From: Terriglobia bacterium
GTDB lineage: Bacteria > Acidobacteriota > Terriglobia > Bryobacterales > Bryobacteraceae
Assembly: GCA_963783505.1 (NCBI GenBank)
Contig: CAWAOP010000025.1
Coordinates: forward strand, 76-64,075
Length of the DNA stretch: 64,000 bases
Direction of reading: 5' to 3'
In this document: in pieces, positions 29,189-38,711 of the stretch
How the letters are laid out: every line of letters starts with the position of its first letter
How positions within the stretch are numbered: position 1 is the first letter of the stretch
The notes under the pieces: model-generated
Told to the model about the DNA's origin: nothing
Seen by the model: only the letters and a program-made list of their open reading frames with translations
Databases searched by the model: none
Position numbers and translations under genes: made by a program

Positions 29189-29702
29189 CTAACTGCTTTC
29201 TTCGCATTTTTCAACTAGCTCCTGGTGCGAGCGACGCGGGAAAAGTGGGGCAGGCGCTTTCGCCTGCCACGGCTCTTCGGCAGCCTGTCAGACCGAGCAC
29301 GACAGCTTACCGCAACCTGGTCCGCAACTCTCTCCCGCGCAGCCAGTTCGCGAGCTTTAACATCCACTGTTTGCGACGCACGACGGCGGCGCCGATGGTG
29401 GACCGCCCCACCCGAATCCGACTCCGAGATTCAGGGGCTCGCTGCGCTCGCGGGGCCGCGAGAAGTGCGGCAAGGGGGAATCTGGCAGCGGCGCTCCATG
29501 CGGACCGCGTGTGGGGGTGGATCAATGTCCGGGTAGCGCGTTTTCCGACCGGAACCGCACTTCTCCGAAATGGGGACGGTACGCTCAAGTGGAAGGCTGA
29601 AGGTGTCCACTTTCCGCACGGCGGGGTCAAAGGAAAGGAACTTCGGCCAGCCTGCACCTCATTTCGCCGATTGGCCCCGTCAGCCTCGTTTTCTCGCGTA
29701 TT

Positions 29703-31235
29703 ATGATGAGGTGCATAGACATGCGCATTCACCGCCTCGGTTGGATGTGGCTTTTGGGTGGCTCTCTGCTGCCCGCGATTGCCGGGCAAGAGCGGCCCGC
29801 GCAGACTCAGCCGGGTTCCACGGTGCCCACCGCCCAGACCCACAGGCCAGCCCGGGCCCATCAGGCCGTTCTGGACCGCGTCATTCGGGCTTATGCTGCA
29901 GCAGAGTGCTACGAAATCGTGGCCACCGTCAGCAACCAAGTGAAACGGCAGCCCAAGGGGGGCGCCGTGATTGCAGCTTCGGTACTTGGGCCGGAGAAGG
30001 ATACCGTCTCGGTCGCCTATAGCGCGCCGAACCACCTCCGCGTGGAGCAAATGGCCGGTCACAAAATCGACGTCTTTCACGATGCGGAGCATTCATTTAG
30101 CATGCGCAGCGGCGCGGGATTCACGCCCGGTAACAGCGCGGCGAATCGGGCCAAGGGGCTAACTCAGGCGGGCATGGTGGATTACACAACCATCGGAAAC
30201 GACATTAGCCGCACAACTACCTTGGCCCGCGAGGACGTTGCCGCGGATGGCGGCAGTGTGTCGTGCTCCGTGATCCAGGCGACTTATATCCCCCGGCCGA
30301 ACGGGGCTTGGCACGACCTCAACAAGCCTGCTTTCTGGGTTGAGAAGCGCACCTTCTGGGTGGATGTCTCGCGGTACGTGGTGCTCCGCGAAGTGGACCT
30401 GGTACACGGCGTGGGATCCATCGAGGGCGCCGAGTTCGAGCATACCATCGCGGTCCGGAAAATGGCCTGGAATCAACGCCCGCCCGACTCCGCCTTCGAC
30501 GTCCCGCCGGTTTCCGGAACGCTCCGCCCCGATGGCACGGTGACACCGGGGCCGAACGGAGTCGTGCCCGCGGTGCCGATCGTCGATGGGTGCCGGGACG
30601 CGACCGACCCGCTGGCGCAGTTAGCCTGCAAGAACGCGGCTCATACTTGCAGGGATCTGCCCGTCACGCCGGAGGCCCAAATCGCTCAGTTGGGTGGCGA
30701 TGTGCAATTGACCTTCACGATTAATAGCGAGGGAAGACCGGAGGATATCCGTGTGACGCATTCTGTCGGGCTGGGGCTGGATGAGGAACTGGTCGCGTGC
30801 GTCTCGCGATGGCGGTGGCGACCGGCCGAGCTCGACGGCAAACCATTCATCGTACACAGCGGTCTTTCAGCCCCTGTGGGCGCCAGGACGAGGTCGGACT
30901 GGCAGCTTACCCACGTGGAGTTCCATCCCGGCAGCGGGGCCAGCCGCCCCGTGTTTCGGAGGGCCGATTTCCCCGAACGTGGACAGGTCGTGGGTTTCGC
31001 CCTCTTCCATATTCACTTGACCATCGGCAGGGACGGCGTTCCCCGTGACATCCAGGTAGTTCCGGGCATAGACAAGAAACTCGACAAGGAAGCTATCGGG
31101 CTAGTCAGTCACTTTCGCTTCAGGCCGGGTAAGGACGACGGCGTGCCGGTCGATGTCCCCGCGAGCTTCGATCTCGCTTTAGGACGCGATACGCGTCCAC
31201 ACCGGTTTAATCCTGGCGTAGCGTCTCAGAAATAG
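29703..31235 (+). CDS. secreted protein with two TonB C-terminal-like domains
   Basis: Signal peptide MRIHRLGWMWLLGGSLLPAIAGQ. DVQLTFTINSEGRPEDIRVTHSVGLGLDEELVACVSRWRWRPAELDGKP and HLTIGRDGVPRDIQVV...FRFRPGKDDGVPV. Confidence 0.65.
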   Translation: MMRCIDMRIHRLGWMWLLGGSLLPAIAGQERPAQTQPGSTVPTAQTHRPARAHQAVLDRVIRAYAAAECYEIVATVSNQVKRQPKGGAVIAASVLGPEKDTVSVAYSAPNHLRVEQMAGHKIDVFHDAEHSFSMRSGAGFTPGNSAANRAKGLTQAGMVDYTTIGNDISRTTTLAREDVAADGGSVSCSVIQATYIPRPNGAWHDLNKPAFWVEKRTFWVDVSRYVVLREVDLVHGVGSIEGAEFEHTIAVRKMAWNQRPPDSAFDVPPVSGTLRPDGTVTPGPNGVVPAVPIVDGCRDATDPLAQLACKNAAHTCRDLPVTPEAQIAQLGGDVQLTFTINSEGRPEDIRVTHSVGLGLDEELVACVSRWRWRPAELDGKPFIVHSGLSAPVGARTRSDWQLTHVEFHPGSGASRPVFRRADFPERGQVVGFALFHIHLTIGRDGVPRDIQVVPGIDKKLDKEAIGLVSHFRFRPGKDDGVPVDVPASFDLALGRDTRPHRFNPGVASQK

Positions 31236-31346
31236 CTGTACCTTAATCGCGATCTGCGCCCGAAGCCGCCTTATAAAAGGCTGTTGAATCTGGTCGGCCA
31301 GTGGCGGAAGTGAGGCAGCGAGCCGGCCGTGCGCACCGCGGCGAAG

Positions 31347-32027
31347 CTAAAGGATCTGTATTTGCACGGTGTAGGCCGGCAAGTCGCGCACGTCTTCCGG
31401 CGTGCAACAGAGCGCCGAACCGGGCGGCCTGCTATTCGGCAACCACGTTCCTGGGGGAAGGAATGCAGGGAGACCTCCAGCTTCCAACAACGAAGCCACG
31501 CATCCCGAGCACACAATCCCGCGGTCCTGTTCGGCGGCGTAATCGACAGCGCCGGACCACGGCAGCGCGTCCAGGATGGCGTCGCGGTAGTTGGCGTCCT
31601 CAAGAAGTTGGAGTATGCCATAGTGGAGCTTGCCGGCTTTCACGGCGGCAAACATCTCCTGCGCCTGAGTCCAGATTCTGTCCCAGAGAGGCATGCATTC
31701 CGGCTTGATGGGCAAAAACCAGGCCTGGCCGCCCTCATTGGCGTAGTCGATTTGCAATCGCGGTTCCAGCGCATTGAATTGCGGCCCACTGACGCCTTGC
31801 CACTCCGTCGATTCGATCATCCACGGATCGGAGGACTGCCAGTAGCTCGAAGGAGGGACTAGAGCGACGTGGGAGAGGTTGGACCCGGAAAACAAATCGA
31901 TCAACTTGCTGACAATGGCTCCAGCTCCGGCTTTGGCAATGCTCGTTCCCCCCGCGAACGCCGCCACTCCACCCTGTTGCATCTGCGGGATAGCCGCATG
32001 GTAGGCTTCAAGCGTGTCATCTGGCAT
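31347..32027 (-). CDS. permuted papain-fold (YiiX/NlpC-P60-like) hydrolase
   Basis: 226 aa. His-containing GSNLSHVALV...MIESTEWQGV precedes Cys-containing IVCSGCVASLL, the order seen in permuted C92-type amidases. Confidence 0.5.
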   Translation of the reverse strand: MPDDTLEAYHAAIPQMQQGGVAAFAGGTSIAKAGAGAIVSKLIDLFSGSNLSHVALVPPSSYWQSSDPWMIESTEWQGVSGPQFNALEPRLQIDYANEGGQAWFLPIKPECMPLWDRIWTQAQEMFAAVKAGKLHYGILQLLEDANYRDAILDALPWSGAVDYAAEQDRGIVCSGCVASLLEAGGLPAFLPPGTWLPNSRPPGSALCCTPEDVRDLPAYTVQIQIL

Positions 32028-32211
32028 GGGTGGATGGTACCGTTAGGCCGCGCCGAATTGCAACAAGAATCTGAGCAAAAAGCTGAGTGGGAATCGGTGT
32101 GGCTGCTCGGCGTTGCCCGGCGCCGGACCCAGTCGTAGAAGTCCCGCCAAAAGTCCGCTGTGCATCTGCCCGCCGCAATGAGATACAAAAGAGCTTCGGG
32201 GTAAGAGTACC

Positions 32212-32520
32212 TTGGTGGAGACTATGGAAAACACACTCATCGTGGTTGCGGAAGTGAAGGCTAAGGCCGGCTGTGAGGCCGAGTTGAAGAAGAGGGTAAT
32301 GGCGCTGGTCGCGCCGACGCGGAGCGAAGCGGGCTGCGTTCAGTACGACCTGCACGAATGCGATACCGAGCCGGGCCGGTTCTTGTTTTACGAAATCTGG
32401 GCCTCGCGCGCGGCTTGGGACTCCCACATGAAGGAGCCCCATTTGGTGGACTACGTCGCCCACGTCGACGAATTCCTCGGCGAACCGGGCCGCGTGAAAA
32501 CCTACGCGAAGATAGCCTGA
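32212..32520 (+). CDS. antibiotic-biosynthesis-monooxygenase (ABM/YgiN-like) domain protein
   Basis: 102 aa. LIVVAEVKAKAGCEAELKK...EAGCVQYDLHE...FLFYEIWASRAAWDSHM. Confidence 0.85.
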   Translation: MVETMENTLIVVAEVKAKAGCEAELKKRVMALVAPTRSEAGCVQYDLHECDTEPGRFLFYEIWASRAAWDSHMKEPHLVDYVAHVDEFLGEPGRVKTYAKIA

Positions 32521-32580
32521 ACGGCGCCCCGGCGGGTGATAGCATGATCGGAGTCGGCAGACCAGGAGGTATTCGCTCCG

Positions 32581-33669
32581 ATGAATCGCAGACAGTTCGT
32601 ATCCGCGGCCGGTCTTGCGACGCTCGCTTCCAGGCCGGGGTCACCCGCTCCCGCGGCCACACCGGGCCGCGCGCTGATGAAACTGGGGTGCCAGTCCGCC
32701 CCCACCAATGAACAGCACTTGAAGTACCTGGCGCGTTACGGGGTCCGCAATATCTGCGGATATCCCGAGGTCGCCGGGGGCGGTCTGTGGGCCGGCGCGG
32801 ACGATTTATCCCGCATGAAGGACCTGGCGGCCAAGTTCGGTATTTCAGTGGATTGCGTCGCGCCGCCGATTCTGGAATCGAGCCCCATCGACCGCGAGCG
32901 TCACCCGGCCATCATGCTGGCGCAAAGCCCCGAGCGGGATCGCGATATCGAGGCCCTGCAAAACCTGATTCGCGATTGCGCGAAGACCGGCATTCCGTCC
33001 ATCAAATACAACATGAGTCTGCTGGGCGTGCTCCGCACGGGCCGGACTCCGGGCCGCGGCGACGCCACGTACAGCGCGTGGAGCCTGAAGGACGCTCACC
33101 CGGCCACGCCGCTGACGCGCGCCGGGCGCGTGAACGCGGACATGTTCTGGGAGCGCATCGCCTATTTTCTGGAGCGCGTCATCCCGGTGGCGAATGAGAA
33201 CAAGGTTCGTATGGCGTGCCACCCGCACGACCCGGGCGTGCCGCCCGAGGGCTATCAGGGGGTGACGCGCGTGCTGGGAACCGTGGACGGACTGAAGAAG
33301 TTCATCTCGATTCATGAGAGCCCGTATCACGGCCTGAACTTCTGCCAGGGGACGGTCTCGGAAATGCTCGCCAACCCAGGCAAGGAGATCTTCGATGTAA
33401 TCCGGTACTTCGGATCGCGCGGGAAGATCTTCAACGTTCACTTCCGCAACATCCGCGGGCATAGGGACGATTTCCAGGAGGTCTTTCCGGATGAAGGCGA
33501 CGTGGATTTCGTCAAGGCTATTCAGGCGTACAAGGAAGTCGGCTACCCCTATCTGCTGATGCCGGACCACGTTCCCGAGGCGCAGGGCGACCCCGGAGGC
33601 TTGCAGTCCTTCGCGTTCTGTTACGGTTATATCCGCGCGCTCATTCAAGCGGCGGATCGCTTAGGCTAA
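32581..33669 (+). CDS. mannonate dehydratase (UxuA) family protein with twin-arginine signal
   Basis: MNRRQFVSAAGLATLA TAT motif. FLERVIPVANENKVRMACHPHDPGVP, IFNVHFRNIRG...GDVDFVKAIQAYKE and LLMPDH align by eye with E. coli UxuA blocks. Confidence 0.7.
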   Translation: MNRRQFVSAAGLATLASRPGSPAPAATPGRALMKLGCQSAPTNEQHLKYLARYGVRNICGYPEVAGGGLWAGADDLSRMKDLAAKFGISVDCVAPPILESSPIDRERHPAIMLAQSPERDRDIEALQNLIRDCAKTGIPSIKYNMSLLGVLRTGRTPGRGDATYSAWSLKDAHPATPLTRAGRVNADMFWERIAYFLERVIPVANENKVRMACHPHDPGVPPEGYQGVTRVLGTVDGLKKFISIHESPYHGLNFCQGTVSEMLANPGKEIFDVIRYFGSRGKIFNVHFRNIRGHRDDFQEVFPDEGDVDFVKAIQAYKEVGYPYLLMPDHVPEAQGDPGGLQSFAFCYGYIRALIQAADRLG

Positions 33670-33677
33670 ACCGGCGC

Positions 33678-34466
33678 TTACCACACCGTCAATTCCACCG
33701 CCGCGCCCGTCTCACAGCCGATTTGTTTGGCGGCGGAGCGCTGGCCTACGGAAACCTCCAGGTAGCCGGAACTGCCCTCGATCGCGAAAAGCTCCCCCTG
33801 GCCGCATTCCGCGTAGTTGCGCGCCATAACGGTCACTTCGCACGGGCCGAATGCCAGTCGAAAACCCTGGCGGATCAGGTCCGGGTAATCGCCGGCGCGG
33901 AAGTTGGTGACGATGTTTCCAAAATGGTCGATGTGGAGAATCGTTCCCATCCATGAGCGCTTGCCCGTGTGGTACGGCTTCATGAATGCTGGCCGCAGAT
34001 AATCTTCGACGATCTTTCCCATCCGCGCCGGGGCCACGCCCGCGGCCAGGTGCGCGGCCACGGGCGCGAAGATATCGCGCCCGTGAAAGGTGCGGCTCAC
34101 GGGCTTGCGGAAGAACCGTTCGTTGGAGACGAGCCTGATCTTGTGCTTCTCCCGCGAGTAGATCGTCGCCAGCGCGCCGTTGTCCGGCGCCACGAAGCGC
34201 TGGCCTGCCGCTTCCATAAGGATTGGCCTTCGCGCCGTTCCCACGCCGGGGTCCACCACCACGACATGCACCGTCTTCCTGGGGAATGCGGCGTAGGCTT
34301 GCGCGATCAGGTAGGCGCCATCGGAGACTTCGAAGGGCCGGGCTTCATGGCTGATATCCACGATCTGCGCGTTCGGACAAATGCCCAGGATCGCGCCTTT
34401 CATCGCGGCCACGTAATGGTCGGAGAGGCCGAAATCGGTGGTGAGAGTCAGGATTGGCCTGGTCAT
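33678..34466 (-). CDS. SAM hydroxide adenosyltransferase (DUF62 / SAM hydrolase) family
   Basis: 262 aa. ILTLTTDFGLSDHYVAAMKGAI...VVVVDPGVGTARRPI...VAPDNG. Confidence 0.85.
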   Translation of the reverse strand: MTRPILTLTTDFGLSDHYVAAMKGAILGICPNAQIVDISHEARPFEVSDGAYLIAQAYAAFPRKTVHVVVVDPGVGTARRPILMEAAGQRFVAPDNGALATIYSREKHKIRLVSNERFFRKPVSRTFHGRDIFAPVAAHLAAGVAPARMGKIVEDYLRPAFMKPYHTGKRSWMGTILHIDHFGNIVTNFRAGDYPDLIRQGFRLAFGPCEVTVMARNYAECGQGELFAIEGSSGYLEVSVGQRSAAKQIGCETGAAVELTVW

Positions 34467-34483
34467 TGATAGAATACTTGCAA

Positions 34484-35650
34484 GTGCAGCGTTTTTACTT
34501 CGACCATAACGCCACCACGCCTCTGGGTCCCGAAGCGCTCGATGCCATGACGTCGTGCCTCGGTCAAGTGTATGGTAACGCGTCCAGCATTCACTATTTC
34601 GGGCAGGCGGCCAAGCAGCGATTGGAAGCCTCGCGCCGGCAGTTGGCGGCCGCTCTCCACTGCCAGCCCGCGGACGTAGTCTTTACCGGCTGCGGGACGG
34701 AGGCGGATAACATGGCCGTGCTGGGCGTGGTCCGCGCCGCGCGCCCTGAGGGCGCCGGACCGGCGAAGCACGTCATCACAAGCGCGATCGAACATCCCGC
34801 GGTTCTCGGGCCCTGCCAGCAACTCGAGCGTGAAGGCGCGGCCGTGACGCGGCTCCCCGTGGGTCCGGACGGCGCGCTCGGCCCGGACGACGTGCGGCGC
34901 GCGCTGCGGCCGGAGACCGTGCTCGTCTCCGTGATGCACGCCAACAACGAACTCGGCTCGCTCCAGCCGATCGCCGAAATTGCGCGAGTGACGCGCGCGG
35001 CCGGGGTTCCGCTGCACGTGGACGGAGTGCAGGCATTCGGCAAGATCCCCGTGGATGTCGAAACGCTCGGCGTGGACCTCTACAGCGTTAGCGCGCACAA
35101 GCTTTACGGGCCCAAAGGCGTGGGCGCGCTTTACGTGCGCAAGGGCGTGTCGATGGCGCCGATTGCGACCGGCGGACACCATGAGCGCGACCGCCGCCCG
35201 GGTACCGAAAACGTCCCCGGCATCGCGGGCTTCGGCGCGGCGGCGGAAGCGGCCGGGCGAGGCATGGCATCCGAATCGGCCCGCCTGGCCGGATTGCGGG
35301 ACCGCCTGGAGTCGCTGGTTCTCGAACGCATCTCCGGGACGTTCGTGAATGGCTCGCGCCGCGAGAGGACGCCCAACACCAGCAACGTGTGCTTCGAGGG
35401 CATCGATGGCGAAGCCCTGGTGATCGCGCTCGATCTGCGCGGCTTCGCGGTTTCCACCGGGGCCGCCTGTTCGAGCGGAGCGCTTTCCCCATCGCACGTG
35501 TTGCTCGCGCTCGGTCTTTCCGCCGAAAAGGCGCGGGCCAGCATGCGCTTTTCGCTGGGGCGATCCAACACGGCCGAACAAGTGGATGCGCTCCTGGACG
35601 CGCTGGCTGCTTCCGTCGGCCACCTGCGCAGAATCTCCGTTCATGCCTGA
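34484..35650 (+). CDS. cysteine desulfurase (NifS/IscS class V aminotransferase)
   Basis: FDHNATTP..., TSAIEHPAV, SAHKLYGPKGVGALYV (PLP Lys), STGAACSS (active Cys). GTG start chosen to avoid overlapping the divergent gene's start. Confidence 0.9.
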   Translation: MQRFYFDHNATTPLGPEALDAMTSCLGQVYGNASSIHYFGQAAKQRLEASRRQLAAALHCQPADVVFTGCGTEADNMAVLGVVRAARPEGAGPAKHVITSAIEHPAVLGPCQQLEREGAAVTRLPVGPDGALGPDDVRRALRPETVLVSVMHANNELGSLQPIAEIARVTRAAGVPLHVDGVQAFGKIPVDVETLGVDLYSVSAHKLYGPKGVGALYVRKGVSMAPIATGGHHERDRRPGTENVPGIAGFGAAAEAAGRGMASESARLAGLRDRLESLVLERISGTFVNGSRRERTPNTSNVCFEGIDGEALVIALDLRGFAVSTGAACSSGALSPSHVLLALGLSAEKARASMRFSLGRSNTAEQVDALLDALAASVGHLRRISVHA

Positions 35651-36749
35651 GGCGCCCATTGCCGTCGCGATGAGCGGCGGCGTCGATAGCTCCACCGTCG
35701 CGGCCATGCTGGCGCGCGAGGGGAAGTCCGTCGTCGGATTGACGATGCAGCTTTGGAACCAGCGCCGCCTGCCGGAGCTGGCCGGCGAGACCGCCACGGG
35801 CCGTTGCTGCTCGCTGGACGACGTCTACGACGCGCGCCGCGTCGCCGAGCAGATCGGCATCCCGTATTACGTGGTTAACTTCGAGCGTGAATTCGAAGAG
35901 GCCGTGGTGCGGCCGTTCGTCGAGGATTACCTGGCGGGGCGTACGCCGATTCCCTGCACGCTGTGCAACAACCACATCAAATTCGCACGGTTTCTGGAGA
36001 TGGCCGATTCCGTCGGCGCGCGCCAGATCGCAACCGGCCATTACGCGCGCATCCGCTTCGACCAAGCCTCCATGCGCTGGCAGCTTCTGCGCGGCGTGGA
36101 CCGGACCAAGGATCAGACTTACTTCCTTTTCGGCCTCACGCAGGAACAATTGGCGCGCACGCTGTTTCCGTTGGGAGCGCTCCAAAAACCCGAAGTGCGA
36201 GATCTTGCCCGCTCGCTCGGTCTGGCCGTAGCCTCCAAGGGCGACAGCCAGGAAATCTGCTTCGTTCCCAACGGCGATTACGCGGCGTTTCTGCGCGCGT
36301 ACTTGAAGGAAACGGCCCGGCCCGCTCCCGCTTCTCACGGCGAAATCGTGACGTCCGACGGCCGCCGCCTGGGCGAGCACGAAGGCGCGCATCGCTTCAC
36401 CATCGGCCAGCGCCGCGGCCTCGGCGTGGCCACCGGCGAGCCGCTCTACGTGATTGCAACGGACCCCAAGACGCAACGCGTCACCGTGGGCGCGGACGCC
36501 GAACTCCTGCGCACAAGCCTGATCGCGCGGGACGTGAACTGGGTTTCGATCGCTGGCATTGAAGCGCCGGTGCGCGCGCAGGTCAAGATTCGCAACAAGC
36601 ACGCCGGCGCCGAGGCGACTCTTCGCCCCACCGAAGATCCGAGCCGGGTGGAAGTCCAATTCGACGCGCCGCAGCGCGCCGTCACCCCCGGCCAGGCGGC
36701 TGTGTTCTACGACGGCGACCTGGTGCTCGGCGGCGGATGGATCGAGTAA
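35643..36749 (+). CDS. mnmA: tRNA 2-thiouridine(34) synthase MnmA
   Basis: IAVAMSGGVDSS P-loop, CCSLDD, IPCTLCN, KDQTYFL. The start overlaps the desulfurase stop (ATGCCTGA). Confidence 0.95.
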   Translation: MPEAPIAVAMSGGVDSSTVAAMLAREGKSVVGLTMQLWNQRRLPELAGETATGRCCSLDDVYDARRVAEQIGIPYYVVNFEREFEEAVVRPFVEDYLAGRTPIPCTLCNNHIKFARFLEMADSVGARQIATGHYARIRFDQASMRWQLLRGVDRTKDQTYFLFGLTQEQLARTLFPLGALQKPEVRDLARSLGLAVASKGDSQEICFVPNGDYAAFLRAYLKETARPAPASHGEIVTSDGRRLGEHEGAHRFTIGQRRGLGVATGEPLYVIATDPKTQRVTVGADAELLRTSLIARDVNWVSIAGIEAPVRAQVKIRNKHAGAEATLRPTEDPSRVEVQFDAPQRAVTPGQAAVFYDGDLVLGGGWIE

Positions 36750-36812
36750 GAACGCCCGATTCCCATCGCGCCGCGAATCGGCCTACAATCAGTACTCTCA
36801 GAGGCCGCTATT

Positions 36813-37076
36813 ATGCACACTTATCTTCCCGTGGTCGTTTTCCTTGTCGCCATTTGCCTTCCGCTTTTCCTGCTGAAGCGATTTCATCCGGCCGCCTGGC
36901 CGCTGCACCTTCTGGCGATAGCCGCCGGCGCGGGGATCGGCTTCATCCCCGGGACGCCGTTCCTCAATTCTGACGCGGGCACCTACCTGGTCGGCTTCTC
37001 CATCGGATTTCTCGTAATTTGGGGAGTCTTCGGGCTGTTCGGGTTCGGCCGTCCGCGGGCAGAACGTTTGGCGTAG
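36813..37076 (+). CDS. small membrane protein (hypothetical)
   Basis: 87 aa with three hydrophobic helices. Confidence 0.5.
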   Translation: MHTYLPVVVFLVAICLPLFLLKRFHPAAWPLHLLAIAAGAGIGFIPGTPFLNSDAGTYLVGFSIGFLVIWGVFGLFGFGRPRAERLA

Positions 37077-37122
37077 CCCCGCGGGCCGCACAACGCCGCT
37101 GCCTGCGCATGAACGGCGAGCG

Positions 37123-38505
37123 CTAGATCTTGACTTCGAAGTACAAGCTCTTCTCGGGGTCTTGTGTCATGCGATTTGCAAGCGCGGCGGGCGGCTCCCG
37201 ATCGGCGCGCAAAACGCAGCCGCCCGTGATCTCCTTCAGCCGGCGTTCTACATTGCTGGAGGGCAGGGCTTGCCAGCTCCTCTTCAAAGCGGCGGCGCGA
37301 TCCACCGGGATCATAGCCAGCTCGAGATGGCGCATCAGCTCCAACCCGCCTTCACGCAGCGTGGCGTTGTGGCTGCCGTGATGCCCGACCTTGTAAAACA
37401 CCGTGCGCCGCAGGAGATCGGGACCGGTCTTTTCCTTACCGCCGACGGTCCATTTTAGCTTGTGCCAGGAAAGCCAACTGCCCACTTGGGCGTCGGCGGC
37501 GAACAGCAGTACACGGCTATCCGCGAGTTCAATGGCTAGCGCAAGACTGCAATTGTTGGTGATATTGTCGAGCGCAAGAGCCAGGGCGTCCGCCGATCTA
37601 AGCCAGGCGTCATCGATTCTCCGCCAGGATTGATCCGTATACGCTCCGGCTTCCCGCGCCTCGCCCCAATAACGGCGCTGGAAAAATGGCATCTGGCCAG
37701 CGGCTTCAAGCGGGATCTGGAGAATAGGGTCGAACGGCGCGTTACGGTCGGATTCGGCAAGCGATGTGGCGCCCGCAGCAAGGTCGGCGATTCCGTACGA
37801 TTGCGGAGAGCGCGCGGAGGGATGGCAGCGCCGGAGCAACTTCTCGTCTCGCGGCGGTCCCAGTACATACAGGCGCGCGCCGGCGCCGGGCAGTTCGACG
37901 GGCGCGCCGGCGGGATCGCAGTAGCGCAACCGCTTTCCCAGGTTTCGGATCTTTTCGAGAGCCGAGGAGGCGCTATCCCTTCCGGCGGCCCCAAAGAATG
38001 CCAGGACTCCGTTTACCAGGTCGCAGTCCCCTCCGGCGAACCGCATCTGCGCGGAGGCCGCGGCGAGCGAGGCGCGCATCGCCTGGCGGCCGCTTTGAAG
38101 TTCCCGGGCCCGATTGTCCGCGGGATTCTCGGTCCAAGCCATCCAGACTTCCTGGACGATCATCCGCTCGAAGATCTCTTTGGCTTGAATGAACCCCGAA
38201 AGGTGGTCCCAGTGTTCATGCGTCGCCACCAGAAGATCGATGCGGCCACCCGTCACGTGGGCAATGTCGTTAGCCACGGATCGCATCACGGCGCCCGCGC
38301 TGTGCGTGCCGAGCATCACGCCGCAATCGATCAGTATGAAGTACGGTCTTCCGGAAGCGTCCGGCTCCGTTCGAGGCAAGGCCACCAGGAAACAGTCGCC
38401 CAGTCCTTGACGGTACATGCGGACGCGAGCTCCCGGCGGCTGCGGCTTCGAATTCAGGTCCAGAGTATCCGCGTAGGATTGTACCTGCGACGCATCGGCG
38501 CTCAT
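37123..38505 (-). CDS. MBL-fold metallo-hydrolase (ComEC nuclease-domain-like), no signal peptide
   Basis: 460 aa. LGDCFLVAL...FILIDCG, then T-H-E-H-W-D-H (codons 38203-38220), later KVGHHGSHN. Confidence 0.85.
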   Translation of the reverse strand: MSADASQVQSYADTLDLNSKPQPPGARVRMYRQGLGDCFLVALPRTEPDASGRPYFILIDCGVMLGTHSAGAVMRSVANDIAHVTGGRIDLLVATHEHWDHLSGFIQAKEIFERMIVQEVWMAWTENPADNRARELQSGRQAMRASLAAASAQMRFAGGDCDLVNGVLAFFGAAGRDSASSALEKIRNLGKRLRYCDPAGAPVELPGAGARLYVLGPPRDEKLLRRCHPSARSPQSYGIADLAAGATSLAESDRNAPFDPILQIPLEAAGQMPFFQRRYWGEAREAGAYTDQSWRRIDDAWLRSADALALALDNITNNCSLALAIELADSRVLLFAADAQVGSWLSWHKLKWTVGGKEKTGPDLLRRTVFYKVGHHGSHNATLREGGLELMRHLELAMIPVDRAAALKRSWQALPSSNVERRLKEITGGCVLRADREPPAALANRMTQDPEKSLYFEVKI

Positions 38506-38564
38506 GTGATTTCCTCCTGGTGATTGCCGGCGCGCTACAACCGAGACGAGTAGTACTCGTCGGC

Positions 38565-38652
38565 CCTCCGCTCCCTCACGGTCGCGGCTCGGCTCGGGTG
38601 CATGGCCGCTAGCCGAGCCGGGCCCAGAGGGCGCCCCGTGAGGGAGCGGAGG
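38565..38652. repeat. REP-like imperfect palindrome (CCTCCGCTCCCTCACGG...CCGTGAGGGAGCGGAGG family)
   Basis: Left arm 38565-38593 and right arm 38612-38652. The same arm sequence recurs at 62838-62907. Confidence 0.7.
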
Positions 38653-38711
38653 CCGGAGCTTCCAACGATTTCCCCTGCGTTCGACGCACTACACTCGGGC
38701 TGAGTCCGCGG

